Part shown: positions 60,585 through 63,719 of the stretch, piece after piece
Layout: every line of letters starts with the position of its first letter
Numbering within the stretch: position 1 is the first letter of the stretch
Virus record (IMG/VR): IMGVR_UViG_3300027969_000100
Location: 1 to 63,719 of that record
Length of the DNA: 63,719 bases
Direction: 5' to 3' (one strand)
Source: a virus
Lineage: Duplodnaviria > Caudoviricetes
Notes under the pieces: model-generated
The model's database searches: none
What the model was told of the DNA's origin: nothing
What the model saw: only the letters and a program-made list of their open reading frames with translations
Program-made: the position numbers and the translations under genes

Positions 60585-62651
60585 AATCAGATCATACTTG
60601 ACGCAGATGTCAAACCTTTAAAGAAACAATTAAAGGAGGCAACGCTTGAACTCCAAGCAGCTAGGCAAAAGTTTGGGGATCTAAGTACGGAAGCCGTTGA
60701 AGCAGCAAAGAAAGTAGCAGGGATCAAGGATAGCATACAAGATGCAAATGAACAGGCTCAGCTATTCGATCCGGGTAAGCGATTCCAAGCGTTAACAAGC
60801 GCAGCAAGTTTAGCAGCCGGGGCAGTTGGTGCAGTTCAGGGAGCAATGGGTTTATTCGGTGCTGAATCTGAAGATGTCCAGAAAGCCCTTTTGAAGGTAC
60901 AGTCTGCGATGGCTTTATCGCAGGGTTTATCACAGCTTGCGGATCTAGGAAAGGTCACAGATCAGCTAAAATCATCCTTTAAGGGATTGATAGGAACTAC
61001 TGCGCAGAAGACAGCAGCTACTACAGCAGATACGGCAGCAACAGGAGCAAATGCAGTAGCCAATACAGCACAGGCAGCAGCTACAAATGCATCTTCCCTA
61101 GCAAGTAAGGCAGCAGCAATATCTATGAAAGTTCTTAGAGGGGCTTTGATTTCTCTGGGTATTCCTGCTTTGGTACTTGGATTAATTTCTTTGGTGCAAA
61201 ACTTTGGTGCTATCAAAGATGCGGTCTTAAATTTATTGCCCGGTCTAAAAGGATTTTCGGATACGATCGGTAATTTAGTACAAGGGGTTACGGATTTCTT
61301 CGGAGTCACTAGCAAAGCAAACAGGGAACTTGAGGCACTAGGGAAGACCAATCAAAAGATAAACGAAGAAACAGGAAATCGGATCAAAATATTATCTGCA
61401 CAAGGCGGTAAGGAAAGCGAGATCTATCAGCTTAGAGTTAAGCAGATAGAAAGCGAATTGAATCTACTTGAACAAACTAATAAAGCAAAAGGTAAACTTT
61501 CTGAGGAAGAACTAAAAAGACAAAAGGAACTTCAGACGGAAAGAACAGTAGAAGCATATACCTATTTAAAAAATAGACAAGATCAGGAAAAAGCAGCAGC
61601 GGAAAAGCAGGCAGCAGAGGCGAAGTCCAGAGCAGAAAAGGCAAAGGCTGAACAGGATAGAATTAATGAAGAAAAACTAGCAGCAGAAAAGAAACTTGCT
61701 GAGGAACAAAAAGAACTGCAAGAAAAAACGGCAGCGGAAGATAAGGAATTCCAAAAGCGAATAAATGAGATTCTGCTTGAATCAAGGCTTGCAGCGATCA
61801 AAGATGAAAACGATAGAGTTCGGGCAGAATTAATTGCACAACAGGAACAGGAACTTGCAGATCTAGCAGAAGATACCAAGCTTAGGGCAGATCAAAAACT
61901 AGCCATTCAAAAGCAGCTTGAGATTCGAAACAAAGAAGAACTAGATGCGCTTGAATTGACATTTGCGGAAGCAGATGCCATCAAAAAACTTGATGAACTA
62001 GATGCCCAAATGAAAGAGGCAGATGATAATTTGAATTTAGAAAGAAGTCTGCTAGATGAAAAGGATGCCCTACTTAAAGAATACTATGATAAAAATTTAA
62101 TTTCAGATATTGAATACACGCAAGGAATAAAAGAAAATTCAGATGCAAGAATAGCCATAGATAAGGCAGAATACGATTTAAAAATATCTCAGGCACAGGC
62201 TGCATCTCAATTACTTGGATCACTTTCTGAATTGGCAGGAAAAAGAACGGCAGCAGGAAAGGCACTAGGAATAGCTGAAGCAATTATCAATACTTCTGTG
62301 GGTGTTACTCAGGCATTAAAGCAGGAATCTGTTTTGCCTTCCCCTTTTGATGTAGTAGCGAAGGTAGCAAATATTGCTACTATTTTGGCATCAGGCTTAA
62401 AAGCGGTTAAAGCAATTACGGCAGTCAATGTTCCCGGTGGCGGAGGCGGTGGAGGAGGCGCAGCTTTCCCATCTATTTCAGCATCAGCACCAAGCGGAGG
62501 TAGTCAAGTCCCTACAATTGGATCTAGCCCGGTTACTGCCTTGGGAACTATGATGCAGAATCAGACTCCAATCAAAGCGTATGTGGTAGAAAGTGAAGTG
62601 ACAGGAACGCAAAAGCGAGTAGCGGATATTGAACGAAGGGCAGGATTTTAA
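60585..62651 (+). CDS. Tape-measure-like coiled-coil protein (second phage; start unresolved, first ATG 60846)
   Basis: Frame is open and protein-like upstream of 60846 (NQIILDADVKPLKKQLKEA...); Ala-rich hydrophobic segments and a long E/K coiled coil. Confidence 0.6.
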   Translation, partial: NQIILDADVKPLKKQLKEATLELQAARQKFGDLSTEAVEAAKKVAGIKDSIQDANEQAQLFDPGKRFQALTSAASLAAGAVGAVQGAMGLFGAESEDVQKALLKVQSAMALSQGLSQLADLGKVTDQLKSSFKGLIGTTAQKTAATTADTAATGANAVANTAQAAATNASSLASKAAAISMKVLRGALISLGIPALVLGLISLVQNFGAIKDAVLNLLPGLKGFSDTIGNLVQGVTDFFGVTSKANRELEALGKTNQKINEETGNRIKILSAQGGKESEIYQLRVKQIESELNLLEQTNKAKGKLSEEELKRQKELQTERTVEAYTYLKNRQDQEKAAAEKQAAEAKSRAEKAKAEQDRINEEKLAAEKKLAEEQKELQEKTAAEDKEFQKRINEILLESRLAAIKDENDRVRAELIAQQEQELADLAEDTKLRADQKLAIQKQLEIRNKEELDALELTFAEADAIKKLDELDAQMKEADDNLNLERSLLDEKDALLKEYYDKNLISDIEYTQGIKENSDARIAIDKAEYDLKISQAQAASQLLGSLSELAGKRTAAGKALGIAEAIINTSVGVTQALKQESVLPSPFDVVAKVANIATILASGLKAVKAITAVNVPGGGGGGGGAAFPSISASAPSGGSQVPTIGSSPVTALGTMMQNQTPIKAYVVESEVTGTQKRVADIERRAGF

Positions 62652-62662
62652 TACTTAGAGAT

Positions 62663-63719
62663 ATGGATAAATTACCACTATATAAAATGTTTATCGCTGA
62701 CGATATCGATGGCGAAGAAGAAGTAGATTTTGTAGCCTTGGTAGAAAGCCCGGCAATACAGAGAAACTTTTTAGCCTTTGGAGATCAATTTGTAGAACCA
62801 ACACAGGGCGAAAGCAAAAATGACTTTATGCCTAGATGCATCGAGTATGTAATTAATGAGGGTAAGGAATCAGAACAGGCGGTAGCTATCTGCTCAAGTT
62901 TATGGGAGCAGCACTTTGCAGGTACAAAAATATCATTTGATTATGATGATACTCTAAGCACTCAAAGAGGTAAAGAATTAGCTATCCAAAAAATTGATGC
63001 AGGTGAAATTGTATACATAATTTCTGCAAGATCTCAGAAAGAGAATTTGATTCCTGTAGCCAATGAACTAGGAATACCTTTGGATCGTGTTTATGCTGTA
63101 GGTAGTAATTCCGCTAAAATTGATAAGATCAAAGAACTAGGAATATCCAAGCATTACGATAATAATGCAGAAGTGATTTCTAAACTTGGAAGCATAGGTG
63201 AAAAATTTCTTGAAGTAAAGATCTTATGCAAAGAATGTGGCCATTCATGGGACTATCAAGAAGGCGGTGAAGATCCGTATACCTGTCACATGTGCGGGGG
63301 TAAAGAGAAATTTGAAAGCTATAATGACTACCCACAAAGCGCAAAGGATAATGCAGAAAAAGGCATCCGTTTAAATGAGGCGATTGGTAATCGATGCGCT
63401 ACTCAGGTGGGCAAGGTTCGAGCGCAGCAGATCATGAATGGTGAGAACCTATCAATGAATACGATAAAAAGAACCTATTCCTATTTGAGCAGGGCTGCTG
63501 AATATTACAATCCAGATGACACAGAAGCCTGCGGGACTATCAGCTATCTTCTATGGGGTGGTGAGCCTATGCTTAGATGGGCAGAAAGCAAAATGAATCA
63601 AGAAGAATTTAGTGCGCATCTATCCTTCGCAGTTCAGGATGAAGATCAAAGAATTGTATCCGGGCCGTTAATGATCGCAGATCTACCGATCTACAGAAGG
63701 GACGAAGATGGGGAATACT
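62663..63719 (+). CDS. XkdF-like putative prohead protease with inserted domains (truncated at window end; not in ORF track)
   Basis: MDKLPLYKM...VDFVALVESPAIQRNFLAF...DQRIVSGPLMIADLPIYRRDEDGEY; internal FDYDDTL HAD-like motif, CxxC...CxxC, SYNDYP...LLWGG. Confidence 0.65.
   Translation, partial: MDKLPLYKMFIADDIDGEEEVDFVALVESPAIQRNFLAFGDQFVEPTQGESKNDFMPRCIEYVINEGKESEQAVAICSSLWEQHFAGTKISFDYDDTLSTQRGKELAIQKIDAGEIVYIISARSQKENLIPVANELGIPLDRVYAVGSNSAKIDKIKELGISKHYDNNAEVISKLGSIGEKFLEVKILCKECGHSWDYQEGGEDPYTCHMCGGKEKFESYNDYPQSAKDNAEKGIRLNEAIGNRCATQVGKVRAQQIMNGENLSMNTIKRTYSYLSRAAEYYNPDDTEACGTISYLLWGGEPMLRWAESKMNQEEFSAHLSFAVQDEDQRIVSGPLMIADLPIYRRDEDGEY

Overview
Bases 1-59741 look like a complete, circularly permuted ~59.7 kb genome of a lytic podovirus-type tailed phage of a Bacteroidota host. 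The host call rests on TAnnTTTG promoter motifs and A-rich leaders without a Shine-Dalgarno sequence. The genome carries TerS/TerL, portal, scaffold, major capsid, tail and ejection proteins including a 2782-aa polyvalent protein, a primase-helicase, an SNF2 helicase, a Sak3/ExoVIII-like recombination pair, two C5 methyltransferases, GroEL plus two GroES-like genes, a lysis cassette and a modular tail fibre. No DNA polymerase, RNA polymerase or integrase was recognised. Bases 1-127 recur exactly at 59742-59868 inside the tail fibre gene. After that repeat the sequence continues into an alternative fibre C-terminus and then into genes that look like a different phage (tape-measure-like and XkdF-like protease), so the right end is an assembly chimera or a recombinant. 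Highlights: (1) an orphan PAS-sensor/coiled-coil/2-TM protein translationally coupled between a holin-like gene and the endolysin, possibly giving environment-sensing lysis control; (2) a canonical hammerhead ribozyme in the early operon; (3) a ~190-bp array of back-to-back unrelated palindromes; (4) an EcoHK31I-like two-frame methyltransferase; (5) GC-rich nucleotide-conserved boxes delimiting tail fibre modules; (6) a tRNA-like RNA with an expanded anticodon arm; (7) a duplicated origin-like element. All family assignments come from visual motif recognition, not database searches.
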